Source: Torpedo marmorata (taxonomy: Eukaryota). Taken from it: a stretch of 64,000 nucleotides of DNA. The position numbers and the translations under genes were made by a program. Position 1 is the stretch's first letter. Each line of letters begins with the position of its first letter. Location of the stretch: NCBI GenBank assembly GCA_977017645.1, contig OZ360228.1:54436001-54500000 (forward strand). Direction: 5' to 3'. The notes under the pieces are model-generated. The model was given only the letters and a program-made list of their open reading frames with translations, made no database searches and was not told the DNA's origin. Positions 13,753 through 25,617 of the stretch are shown here, piece after piece.

Positions 13753-15029
13753 ATTAGATCAAGAGCTCTATTTTATTAATCTATACAGCCAAGATAAATA
13801 AAAGGGGTGGGTGGTTGGTAGTGAAGGACCAGAGGGCTAAATTTTGTCAGGAACCATCAAGAAACTACAATTTCTCCATCTACTGTGGGATTTCTGTACA
13901 TGCACATGTGGAAATCCTGAGATTGAAATCAGGTGATTGCACTCCAACAGTGGAATCCTTGTGGATTGGCAATTAACAGAGATTCTCTGTCACCTGGTGA
14001 AAAATCCCACAAGAAACATCCTGTGACAAGTTGAGTCCAGCATTGCACAAGGATACATGCAGAGAACAGGAAAGGAAATAAATAAATAAATAAAATGGTT
14101 CGACCTGCAGAAATGGCCAAGAACCATGATGGATATCAAGATTAACAGCAAAATATTGAATAAATGCTTTATATCAGAGGAACAAGAGTAATGTAAGTCT
14201 TAAAAACGGTCTGTACCATATTGCAAATGAAAATAAGTAACCGCAAACTTGCTAAGTAAATACATTGAAGGGAAATGTAATGTCCGTGAGTTTGAAAGTA
14301 GCTGTCAAGTTAAATCTTTGGAAATTGATCATTTGGTGGGGAAGCTAACTCAAACTGTTGATGAAGTAATTATTCCAACACATTAGACTTTAAAATCTCT
14401 TTAGGAAACAACCTGTTGCCAATGGGTTAATAGCTCAATTATCATTGTTTTCCTAACTTTCCCAAAATTACTAAGGGCTCGTGCTTTTCCTGGAGTTATG
14501 AATTTGCTACTCAATTCAAGGAGAGAACACAGGAAATGGTGTCAGGATTCACAGCTGCTTTCTTGTCTCTTTATATGAAAGGTTTTAATCATCATATTTT
14601 TGCTAAAGGATGTTGACAATGTTGGAAGCAACTGAAAACTGCAAGATTATCTATGTTTCTGAGGCATTAGAGCAGTACCACTTGCCATGAATCTCAGGAG
14701 GATCAAGAGAAGCAGGAGGAGAAAAAGCTACAGAAAAAATAAAAGACTTTCTTTTTCAACTGCAGCACAAAGCATGCAGGAGAACAAAACAACCATCCTT
14801 AAAATGTTGGCAATGTGTTTCCAAGTCAGGATATTCCAACCTATTGGAAAACATTTGGTGAGACCGTACAAATCATTTAGAAAGACAATAACACTGGCTT
14901 TGTTAGTGGAATGTCATGACCTAATAATTTGGGTGCACATTTTTTTAAAGAGGCAAAAGATAGGATCAATGAGGGGGACACATTTGGTGGAGCTTCCATG
15001 CATTTGAGGAAGATCCCAGATGGCAAACA

Positions 15030-15865
15030 GATCAGAAATGTATATTCTCATAAGGACCAATCTAAAAAGGAGAGGATACTAGTTGACTGAAGATTTAGTA
15101 ATTGGCTGCATTAACTGGGATTCTGCAAGGGTTCAGTCCTTCCCCTGGTACTTATCAATGATTTGATCTTCGTAATTAAGAAATTGTCAATGTGATCTAT
15201 AAACAGAAATATTATTGTCAGTCGTGGGAAGATATCAAGAACCAGTCAGCAGAACAGAAGAATTGGAAGTAGAATTAAAATAAAAGTGTGAAGTGAAAAC
15301 ATTTGGAGTGGACAAATAAAACAATGGGACACACAATAAATAGTAGGATGCTCCGAAGTGCAGAAAAGCACAAGGATCTTGGAACAACGATCTACAGATC
15401 TTTTAAGACAGCTGGATCTGTATATCTGGTGGCTAGAGATGCATTTGAAAACTTTACTGACTGATATAAAAAATATTAAAGCAATGGGACATGCTTGAAT
15501 GATCTAAAACACGGGTAATGTCACAGCTAAAGAATTGTTTGCAGTTTTATGATCACAAAATATGATTGCACTGGATAGGAGGCAGACAAGAGTTATGAGA
15601 ATGTTGCCAGAGCTGGAAATTTTTTGCCATGACGAGATGATGCCTTGGATATAACTTCTTTGCAGCAAGTGGTGCTTAGATGATGAGATGAATAAAACTA
15701 CGAGAGGCCCAGGAACAGATGAAGAGGAAAGACACAGTTCCATCAACAGATATATCATTCGTGCAAAAATATAGCTAATTACTGGACAAAGTAGTAAGGG
15801 TGGAGAAAGAATTAAATCGGAGAAAATCAAGGAAGATTTTTTTTCCACACAAATAATGATGGTAG
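15030..15865 (+). mobile_element. Highly degenerate CR1 3' fragment
   Basis: Patchy similarity to the CR1 RT C-terminal region (aagtgtgaagtgaaaacatttgg, gagaatgttgccagagctgga). Confidence 0.5.
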
Positions 15866-16870
15866 TGTGGTGACCTGAACTGAACATGATACTCAAAATG
15901 CGGTCTAAGCAATGATTTGTACAGCAGCAACATGATCTCTGAACTCTTATAGTCAAAGCCTCCAGCCTATGAATGCAAGCATACCAAAGGCCTTCTTCAC
16001 TGCATTATCCACCCTTTTTAGCAATCTGTGGAATTGCAACCTAGGTTCTCCCTATGTATCAATGCTCCTTGGGGCACAATCATTTCCTCTACACCATAAC
16101 AGAATTTGACTTCCAAAACTGCATTACTTCATATTTGTCTGAAATTGATATATCTTCCATGATTCCACCAACTTTCCAGTTAATCTATTTCCTGCTGTAT
16201 CCTTCAATAATTTTCTTCACCATCTACAACTTGACCAATTTTCATGTTGTCTACCAACTTAATAATCAGCCCATCTACATTCTCATCCAAATCATTTACA
16301 TTAATTCTAAACAATGCCTGCACTATACCATTTGGTACAAACTTCCAGTCAGAAAAACACTCATCCAACACTACCCTCAGCTTCCGATCACCAAGCCAAT
16401 TTTTGATCAATAAGCTTCGAATCCCTTGTGCTTTCTTCTTCTCCTTCTAACCTGCATGACCTTGTCAAAGGCTTCACTAACGTCAACTGCTCTGCCTTCA
16501 TCAATTTTCTTCATTACCTCCTCAAAAAGATTCAAACTTGAGACATTATTTTCCTGCACAATGCCATTCTGATTCTGACTTTTCCAAGTGAGAAAATAAA
16601 TCCTCTCCCTCACAATCTTCTCCAACAACTTCCCCAGTATAAGGTCCAATAGCCTGTAGTTTCCAAATTTATTCCTACTGCCCATTTTGATCAAGGGGGC
16701 AATGTTAATTATCTTCTGGTCATCTGGTACCTCACGCATGTTTAAAGGGGATGCAACAATCTCCATCAGAGTTGCAGCAATCTTTTCTGTTGCTTCCCCT
16801 GGCAACCTGAGATAGATCCCCATGGAATCATCCACTCTGATGTGCGCCAATATTTCTAATACAAAGTTTC
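15866..16870 (-). mobile_element. Degenerate CR1 RT fragment
   Basis: ORF track: GNYRLLDLILGKLLEKIVRERIY, KIDEGRAVDV..AFDKV, IKNWLGDRKLRVV..FSDWK. Confidence 0.85.
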
Positions 16871-17039
16871 TGATAGACATGGTCCAGAATATCAGCATCT
16901 CTCTCCAAACTCTACACTCTTTTCTCTCTGTTAAAAAGGTTGCAAATTTGGAATGTCTTTTCAAAGATGGCAAGGGGAGTTAATGCAGTGGAGCACTGGT
17001 GGTGCAGTTAGTAACACATTTAAAGGCTCACAGAGAGAA

Positions 17040-17800
17040 TGCCAATCAAGTGAGCTGCTCTACCCTGCACAATATCAAGTTTCTCAAGCGTTGTTGAAGC
17101 TGCACTTATCCAAGTAAATACAGTAAAGATAATCCTATCACATTCCTGGAGTGCCTTCTTAATGGTAGAAGTTCTCTGGGGAGTCAGGAGATGAGTCACT
17201 TACCCAAGAATATCAACTTCAAACCAACCCTATAGCTGCAATATGTGGCTTGTCCAAATTAGTTTCCTAAGAGATTGACTGTGTGTGAGTCACTGCCAAC
17301 ACTGCTATTGAAAGTCATGGAATGATGGTTGAACTTTCTCTTGAAGTTTTTTTTACAACCTAGCACTTGTGTAATGCAAATGCTGCTTGATATTTATAAG
17401 TCAAATCTGCAATATTTTCTAGGCATTGCTCCATGTGAGAAGAGATGACTTCCTTGGCGAAATTAACCACTGTACCATCAACTGCAAAATCATTTTCAGC
17501 TTTACATTGGGAAGCTAAATGGCATGAAGATGGTTGACACTGTGGAACACCACAGCATTATGTCCTTTGCCAATCATAACCATCTTCCTATTTGCGAGGT
17601 AGGACTCCAGTTAATGAAAAGTTTATGTTCACTCCCATTGATTTCAAATTTTGCAGGGTTTTTCTATGCCACACTCAGACAAACAGTGCCATGACATTGC
17701 AGGATACTCCTTATACTCCTTATTTAAGTATTTTGTCCATGTTTGGATCAAGTCGGTGACCGATGTTTGTAGCAGAATGTTCCTTGCTGATCTCAACTGA
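17040..17800 (-). mobile_element. Old LINE fragment (CR1/L2 group, family uncertain)
   Basis: Recognisable repeat text (gttgttgaagctgcacttatccaag...ggggagtcaggagatgagtcact). No intact ORF. Confidence 0.4.
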
Positions 17801-18509
17801 AGGAGCAGGGCTGATCAGCAATTAGTTATTGCAATGTGTCATTTAATGATGTCAATCAGAACAAGCAGATGATCAGGTCTGTAGCTCTGATTTGGTTTCC
17901 CAAAAGTACAAAGCATCATCAGTAGCTGTTACGCAGTGATTAAAGCACACACAGATGTGTAAAGTGTTTCACTTGGTCAGTTTCTCTCACTGGAACACAA
18001 CAAGCATGTAGTATCCTGATCATGGGTTGGGTGGAGGGGTTGCTCAGTGTGAGATAAGTGGAAAATGAATTACAATTTCCATGTCTTATCTTGGCAATAT
18101 CCTTGTCCTGCCACCACATCACCCTGCACCCCTAACACAAACGCTACCTACTATATTTCTTTGCAAGCAATAATCTGCTAAAAACTTTGCTGCATATCAT
18201 GGAACAATGGATAGCCAGACCTGGAATATTAGATCAGGAATGTGCCATTTGATATATTAAGGTATTATTTGAGATCATTGCTAATTTAAGATTTATCTAC
18301 CTTTGCCCCATATCCCATCAAACATTTTAGATATGAAGGAATAGCAATTTCCAAATATCAAGATAAAAATTAACCAAGAATTGGCACGTAAAATACAGTG
18401 CCAAATTTCTATCATCCGTTAAGTGTAAAATATGCTCTTCATTTTTAGACATGCCCTTGAACATAGAACATTACAGGCCCTTCGGCCCACGATGTTGTGC
18501 CGACTAAGA

Positions 18510-21500
18510 AGAGATTAAAAAGGAGCTTTCAGGGGGAATCAGCGCTTTAGCAGACCAATCAAATTGCGATTCATTAGAAGGAACAAATGAAAGTAAAGCA
18601 GGCACAAGTAGAGCAGTCGGTGTGTGAGTGGCCCAGAGTATGAGTGGTGAGTTAGGGGCTTTGGCTCAAGAGACTTCGGCGAGCAGAGGCTGAGGGCGTG
18701 CCACAGGTAAGGTCAGGTAATATCTTTCATAGTAACCCAGAGTAGGTAGAGGAGATGGCAGCTAAGGCAGTGGTATGCTTCCAATTGCAGGATGTGGGAA
18801 ATCTGGGAGAGCACAAGTTTCCCTTATGACCACCTGCAAGAAGTGCATCGAGCTGCTTACAGACCATTTTAGGGAAATGGAGCTGAATGAACTCCAGATT
18901 ATTCTGGAGGCAGCGAGGGTGATAGAGAGAAGCTATAAGGAGGCAGTCACACCCAAATGGCAAGAGGCAGGTAACTGGGTGTCTGTTAGGAGAGGGAAGG
19001 GGAATATGCAGTCAGCACAGAGCACCACTGTGGCCGAAGTAAAACACGAAAATCTGTGGCCGTTACACTCAACGATACTGTTAGGGGGATGACCTATGAT
19101 GGACAAGTCGTAGTTGTCAGTTCTCTGGCACAGAGTCTAGCCCTTCAGCTCAGAAGGGGGGAGAAGAGGAGAGCTACAGTGATTGGGAATTTGATAGGGG
19201 AACAGAAAGGAGGTCTGTGAACAAGATGGAGATTCCCAGATGGTATTTTGCCTTCCAGGTGCCAGGGAGCTCTCAGATTGAGTCCACAGCATTCTGAAGC
19301 AGGAGGGTGAGCAGTTAGATCGCGTGGTCCACATTGGTCCCAATGACATAGAAAGAGAAAGGGATAAGGTCCGGAAGAAGGAATATAGAGAGTTAGTAAG
19401 GAAGTTAAAAAGAAGGACCTCATAGGTGGTAATCTCTGGATTGCTGCCTGTGCCACGTGCCAGTGAGGGCAGGAATAGGAAGTTATGGAAGATGAACGCA
19501 TGGCTGAAGAGTTGGTTCAGGAGTCAGGGGTTCAGATTCGTAGATAATTGGGATTTCTTCTGGGGAAGGTATGACCTGTACAAAAAGGACGGGTTGCACC
19601 TGAACGGGAGGGGGACAAATATCCTGGCGAGCAGGTTTGCTCGAGCTGTTGGGGAGGGTTTAAACTAGTTTGGAAGGGGGATGGGAACCAGAAAGAGAGG
19701 GCAGTGAATAGGACAGAAGATATACAAGTAGTTGCAATGTGTAGTGAGATTGTGAGGAAGGATAGGCAGTCAATAGGGCAATATTGCAAGCAAGAGATTA
19801 AAGATTTAACTTGGTGTACTTTGGAAAAAAAATTGAAAAGGGTGATGAATACAGCACTGAAGGTCTTGTATTTAAATACCCGCAGTACAAGAAATAAGGT
19901 TGATGATCTAGCAGTGCAGCTGGAAGTTGGCAGGTATGACATGGTGGCCATCATTGAGTCGTGGCTGAAAGTCACAACTGGGAACTAAATATCCGTGGAT
20001 ACACAGTGTATTGGAAGGACAGGAAGGTAGGCAGAGTGGGTGGTGTGGTTTTGCTGGTTGAAAATGGAAATAAATCTTTGGAGAGAGGAGACATTGGATC
20101 AGAAGATATAGAATCCCTGTGGGTAGAATTAAGAAACTGTAAGGAAAAAAATCCTGATGGGAGTTTTATTCAGGCCTCCAAACAGTGGCCAGGATGAAGC
20201 GTACAGAGGGAGATAGAGAAAGCATGCGAAAAGGGCAGTGCAACAATAGACATAGGGATTTCAATATGCATGTTGATTGGGAAAACCAGGTTGGTGTTGG
20301 ATCCCAAGAAAATGTATCGAATGCCTCCAGGATGTCTTCTTCGAACAGTTTGTGGCTGATTTGACCAGGCAAATGGCAATTCTGGATTGGGTATTGTGTA
20401 ATGAACCAGAGTTGATAAGGGAGCTGAAGGTAAGAGAACTCTTAGGAGGCGGTGATCATAACATGATAGAATTTGCCCTGCAGTTTGAGGGGGAGAAATT
20501 AAAATCAGAGGTGTTAGTATACCAGTGGAATAAAGGGGACTACAGAGGTATGAGAGAGGAACTGGCCAAAGTTGATTAGAAATGCACACTAGCAGGGAGG
20601 ATGGCAGAGCAGCAATGGCTGGAGTTTCTGCGAGAAATAAGGAAGGGCATACAAGAAAGCAAAAATTAGTGGGAAGATAGAGGACTGGGAAGCTTTTAAA
20701 AGCTTACAGAAGGCAACTTAGAAGGTCCAAGAAGGAAAAGAACTTAGAAAGGAAGCCAGCAAATCATATCAAAAAGGATACTGGAAGCTTTTTTAAGTGT
20801 ATTAAGAGTAAAATGGAGGCAAAAGTAGATATAGGACTGATAGAAAATGACACTGGAGAAATTGTAATGGGAGACAAGGAGATGGCAGAGGAACTAAATG
20901 AGGATTCTGCATCAATCTTCACTGTGGAAATCATTAGCAGAATACCTGACTTTCCAGGCTGTTAGGGAAGAGTGATGAGTGCAGTCACGATCACCAGAGA
21001 GAAGGTGCTTGGGAAGCTGAATGGTCTAAGGGTAGGTAAGTCTCCTGGACCAGATGGAGTGCACCCTTGGGTTCTGAAAGAAGTAGCTATAGAGATTGTG
21101 GAGGCATTAGTAATGATCTTCCAAGAATCAATAAATTCTGGCATGATTCTGGAGGACTGTAAAATTGCAAAGGTTACTCCGCTATTTAAAAAGGGAGGGA
21201 GGCAGCTGAAAGGTAATTATAGACCTGTTAGCCTAACATCAATGGTTGGGAAATTGTTGGAGTCAATTGTCAAGGATGAGGTTACAGAGTACCTGGAGGT
21301 GCATGAAAAGATAGACCAAAGTCAGCATGATTTCCTGAAGGGAAAATCTTGCCTGACAAACCTATTGCAATTTTTTGAGGAATCCACAAGCAGGCTGGAC
21401 AAAGGAAATGCAGTGGATGTTGTATATTTGGACTTTTAAAAGGCCTTTGACAAGGTGCAATACATGAGGCTGCTTAACAAGATGAGATCCCATGGAATTA

Positions 21501-22860
21501 CAGGAAAATTATAAGCATGGGAGGAGCATTGGCTGATCGGCAGGAAACAGAGTGTGGGAATAAAAGGATCCTTTTCTGGTTGGCTACCGGTTACCCAGAT
21601 GGTGAGTCAATGGTTGAATGGCAGATCGCACTGATTTTTCGACGGCGTTGGAACGGAGGGGGGCGTCGGACCGGGGTGGGGGGCACAACGCATACCAAAT
21701 AATTTTAAATTCATTATACATTTTTATTTTGTATTTATCACTAACTTATTATAATTTTGAAAGCCAAGGAGAAATAAATACCTTCGGAGCTATTCCTCTC
21801 CGGATGCCATCCGCCAGTCCACTCCCCCTGAGCACATTCTTCAAAAGTGGCGCCTTTTTAAAGAATGTGCTCAGGGGGAGCGGTCTCTACCCCTGCAACC
21901 CCCCCCCCCCCCCCCTCCCTCCCAGCTATGCCACTGATTGTGGCTAAGTTTGCAGATGATCCAAAGATAGGTGGAGGGGACAGTAGTGATTAGGAATTGG
22001 AGAGGCTGCAGAGAAACTAAGATAGATTAGGAGAATGGGAACAGTGGCAAATAAAATACAATGTTGGAAAGTGTACAGCCATGCACTTTGGTAGAAGGAA
22101 TACAAGGGAAGACTATTATTTGGATGGGGAGAAAATTCAAAAGTCGGAGCTGCAAAGGGACGGGGGTCCTCGTGCAGGATACCCTGACGCTTAACTTCCA
22201 GGTTGAGTTGTTGGTGAAGAAGGCAAATGCAATGTTGGCATTCATATCTCGAAGAATAGGATACAAGAGCAGGGATGTGATGTTGAGGCTGTATGAGTCA
22301 CTGTTGAAGCCTCACTTGGGGTACGGGGTAGAGTTTTGGGCTCCTTATTTAAGAAAGGATATTCTGGCATTGAAGAAGGTTCAGAGAAGATTCACAAGAA
22401 TGATTCCTGGAATGAAGGGAGTAGCATACGAGGAATGTTTGACAGCTCTTGGGCTGTTCACGGAATTCAGAAGAATGAGGGGGAACCTCAGAAGCATTTC
22501 AAATATTGAAAGGCCTGGACAGAGTAGATGTGGCAAAGTTGTTTCCCAAGGTTGGAGAGTCCACGACAAGAGGGCGCAACTTCAGGATTGAAGGGCGCCC
22601 ATTTAAAACAGAGATTTATTTAACCAGAGTGTGGTGAACCTCTGGAATTTGCTACCACAAGTGGCTGTGTAGGCCAGGTCATTGGGTGTAATTAAGGCAG
22701 AGATTGGTAGATATCTGAATAGTCAGGGTATCAAAGGTTATGGGGAGAAGACAGGGGGAGTGAGGCTGAGTGGGAGAATGGATCAGCGCATGATGGAATA
22801 GCGGAACGGACTCGACATGCTGAATGGCCAACTTCTGCTCCTATATCTTATGGTCTTATT
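18510..22860 (+). mobile_element. Near full-length but disrupted CR1 LINE (ORF1 zinc-finger + SGNH esterase; ORF2 APE + RT)
   Basis: ORF1 pieces: CKKCIELL; VISGLLPVPRASEGRNRK..DNWDFFWGRYDLYKKDGLHLNGRG. ORF2 pieces: LKVLYLNTRS..ESWL, GGDHNMIEF, KSPGPDGVHP, GNYRPVSLTS, VYLDF, KFADD. Ends in tcttatggtcttat at about 22847-22859. Confidence 0.93.
21596..21936. mobile_element. GC-rich insert in the CR1, probably a one-ended hAT-like non-autonomous DNA element
   Basis: Interrupts CR1 RT between ..WLPVT and IVAKFADD. Right end agctatgccactg resembles the reverse complement of a CAGTGGCGTAGC-type TIR. No matching left TIR. Confidence 0.5.
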
Positions 22861-23796
22861 CAGAAGTTGAAAAAAATGTCATTTTACTGCACTTATATAT
22901 GAAGTTATGTCTTTAAGTTTGCTTATATTGAAATCTTTTTGAATAATCAATAAGAATCTCAATGTAATGTAACATTTTCTTGTAAAGTGCATAAAATGCT
23001 CCCTAATTTTATGTCACAAGCAAACTTAAACATGTGGTTTTCTGGTGCATAATTTGTCATTTAGAAGTGATTTAAGAGTAATGATCACAATGCAGATCCT
23101 TGTGGTATACCACTAGCCACATTCTGCCAATTTGAACACTTTCCCATCACTTTCGCAATTCTTCGCTGACTCTTATTACAGCCAATTTCTTAACCAAGTC
23201 ATTAATTTGCCTTCCATCCGATGAGCTCTAATTTTAGCTAACAGCTTTTTTTAAGAACTTTATCAGATGTCTCCTGCAAGTCCACAAAAGTAACATGGAT
23301 TTCCACTGACCATCATTTTATCCGTTTTCCAAAAACAGAATCAAAGGCAGAGACTTTATCGGCTGTTCAGTTCTATGCTCTAAACAAAATAACAAAACAG
23401 ATGGAAAGAGAAAACTAAATAAAATTTACAAGGAATATCAAAGATCAATATATATTTTTTCTTTGAAAAATTTGTTGAAGGAAATAGGATGATCAAGAGC
23501 AACGTAGGGCTTTACAATTGATGAGTTATACTAAAATAAAAATGAAGAAATGGCAAAGATGTTAATTAGTCTTCATCAGTCCTTACAAAACAGGAAAGAT
23601 AAAATGCCAAAATTTTCATGGAAGCAGATGTGCAAGTGAAGATAATATGCACCAAAGTTAATGTGAGCTAAATAACAACAGTAATGAAAATAATGAAATG
23701 AGAAAATGACAAATCCTAAATATCAGGATTTTAAACAAAGTCAAAAAGGAAATAATGAATGTGTACAACTATCATCTCCAAAAGGAATACACAAGA

Positions 23797-24003
23797 GACT
23801 GCAGATGCTGGAATCTGGACCAAAACACAATCTGCTGGAGGACCTCAGCAGATCAAGCAGCATCTGAGAGAAAAGAAAGAATTGTCAACATTTCAGTTGG
23901 AACCCCTCTTTATGAACAGTTCCACCCCAAAACATTGTCCATTATTTTTCTCCTACTGATGCTACTCAACCCGCTGAGTTCCTCCAGCAGTTTTATTTTT
24001 GCT
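23797..24003. mobile_element. Penelope-derived foldback (head-to-head terminal repeats)
   Basis: ctgctggaggacctcagcagatcaagcagcatc ... gatgctactcaacccgctgagttcctccagcag are inverted arms about 200 bp in total. Confidence 0.75.
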
Positions 24004-24477
24004 GTCATCTTCCAAACTTTTGATTTTATTTTTAAATCAGAAGCCACTTTTACAAGGAGAGAGAAAGAAATCACAGAGGTATAGATCAGTTAGCCTGCCG
24101 TGTGTTTCTGGAAAATTACAAGTATAAAGTGATGGGTATCCTTTAATATTGTCAGTATATCATACATCTTTTTTTAAAGTGGATTCATTGTGTTTACTAC
24201 ATTGGTAAAGGCCTGCACATTCCAAGCACATAGTCAATCTTTCCCAGATCTAAGAAATAAGTGCAAAGACCTATGTCATCATGCCATTCGTGATTGAGGG
24301 GGTCTCTGATTTTTCTCCAAGAATGTGCAGTTGCCTGCGAGAATATCTGACCTTCAGTGGTCTCTGTAGCACATGTGTTCAGCGGAGTAAAGCGTGGACA
24401 GACTTGTATCTTCTGACATGCTTTGGCTACACTGCTCTTGTTCACTTGTGAGAAGGTGATCAACGGGGGTGAAAATA

Positions 24478-24850
24478 CAAAAGCAAAAATCTGTAGATGC
24501 TGGAAATTTGAAATAAAAATAAAAACAGAAAATGCTGGATATATCAGCAAGTCAGGCAGCATCTGTGGAGAGAGAAACAGAATTAATGTTTCAGGTTAAT
24601 GATCTTCCATCAGAACGATAAAAAAATTGAAACTAACATGTTTTAAATTTCAGAGAAAGGAGAGGGGTGGAGAGAACAGATCAGCTTGTATTAACAAGCC
24701 TTAACTACCTTTTCTCAGGTGACATCACTGTGGCACCTCTGTGGTCTCCACCTTATCATACATATTCCTCTTGCCCTCTGCAACTTAAAATGTGTTTAAC
24801 TTATAACTTTTCCAGGTTCCGATGAAAACTGAAAAGTCAATTATCTCTCA
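24478..24850. mobile_element. Penelope-derived non-autonomous element with decayed hammerhead-like core
   Basis: Terminal repeat (gatgctggaaatttgaaataaaa..gtcaggcagcatctgtggagagagaaacag). Minus strand reads CTGATGG..GAAACATT near 24585-24614. Weak inverted end near 24815-24850. Confidence 0.65.
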
Positions 24851-25429
24851 AAATAGTCTAATTGAAACAAATAGTTCGGAGCTGATGCTATATTGCCAAC
24901 TCTTCTGCAGGTGTACTTTCAAACTAAATGGCCATCTATGAGATGCTGTCCATCAGCACCGTCTTCCCTGGGATGCTTTAAGATCCTGTGGCAAAGTAAA
25001 AGCATAGATTACAATAATCATGGTAAGGATGTTCCAAATGGTCAAATTTTACTTCCTGCTGACACCACGTCAACATGAGTGTTGTGTGCCATGCAGCAAT
25101 TGATATTTAATTTCAAGTAGCTGTGAAGCTCAATTTCTGTCAAGGGAACACACTGTAAATCCACTGATATCCAGCAGCTCATCGTCCAATGTTGTCAATT
25201 ACAAGATGGCTCGAAGTCCACATTTGATTCTCTGCTTCTCCTGCAAGGAGAGATCAAGACTAATGACAGTTGTTCAAAGAAAAATGTAAACCAATTGCTA
25301 ATTGTGACCATGAGGGCACAGATGATGACGATTGCCAACAGTCTATTGGCAGATGGGGACATGAGAAAATGTACCAGAGGAACGTGTTCACCTGCAAATC
25401 AAGTTAATATGCTGGGCTTGACGCAAGAA

Positions 25430-25617
25430 ATAAAAAGGGAAAATATTGGAAATGTTCAGCTGGGCACGGAACATTGGTGAAGAGAGAAAGAGAGTTAATA
25501 TTTTCATATCAATGATCTTTTATCAGTTCAAATAAAGTCATCAACTTAAAGCATTAACTCTGATCAAAATATCCCAACTTTTCTAATCATATTTCAGAAT
25601 CCCAGCATCTGTAGTTT
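25430..25617. mobile_element. Degenerate Penelope-derived foldback
   Basis: agagagttaata.../...cattaactct inverted pair, then ccagcatctgtagtttt. Confidence 0.55.

Noticed and set aside
14687-15007. Basic 106-aa ORF (RRIKRSRRRK..)
   Set aside because: Purine-rich sequence antisense to NOVA1 next to decayed LINE DNA, with no homology or splice support.
19137-19668. SGNH/GDSL esterase-like peptide as a host gene
   Set aside because: It is the normal ORF1 esterase domain of CR1 elements and is frameshifted inside one.
24290-24375. Minus-strand peptide ATETTEGQ..HSWRKIRDP resembling NOVA1 exon 3 (TTERV..EKIREMP)
   Set aside because: Only scattered matches in a protein that is otherwise nearly invariant, and no suitable acceptor. 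The true exon 3 is probably beyond the left edge.
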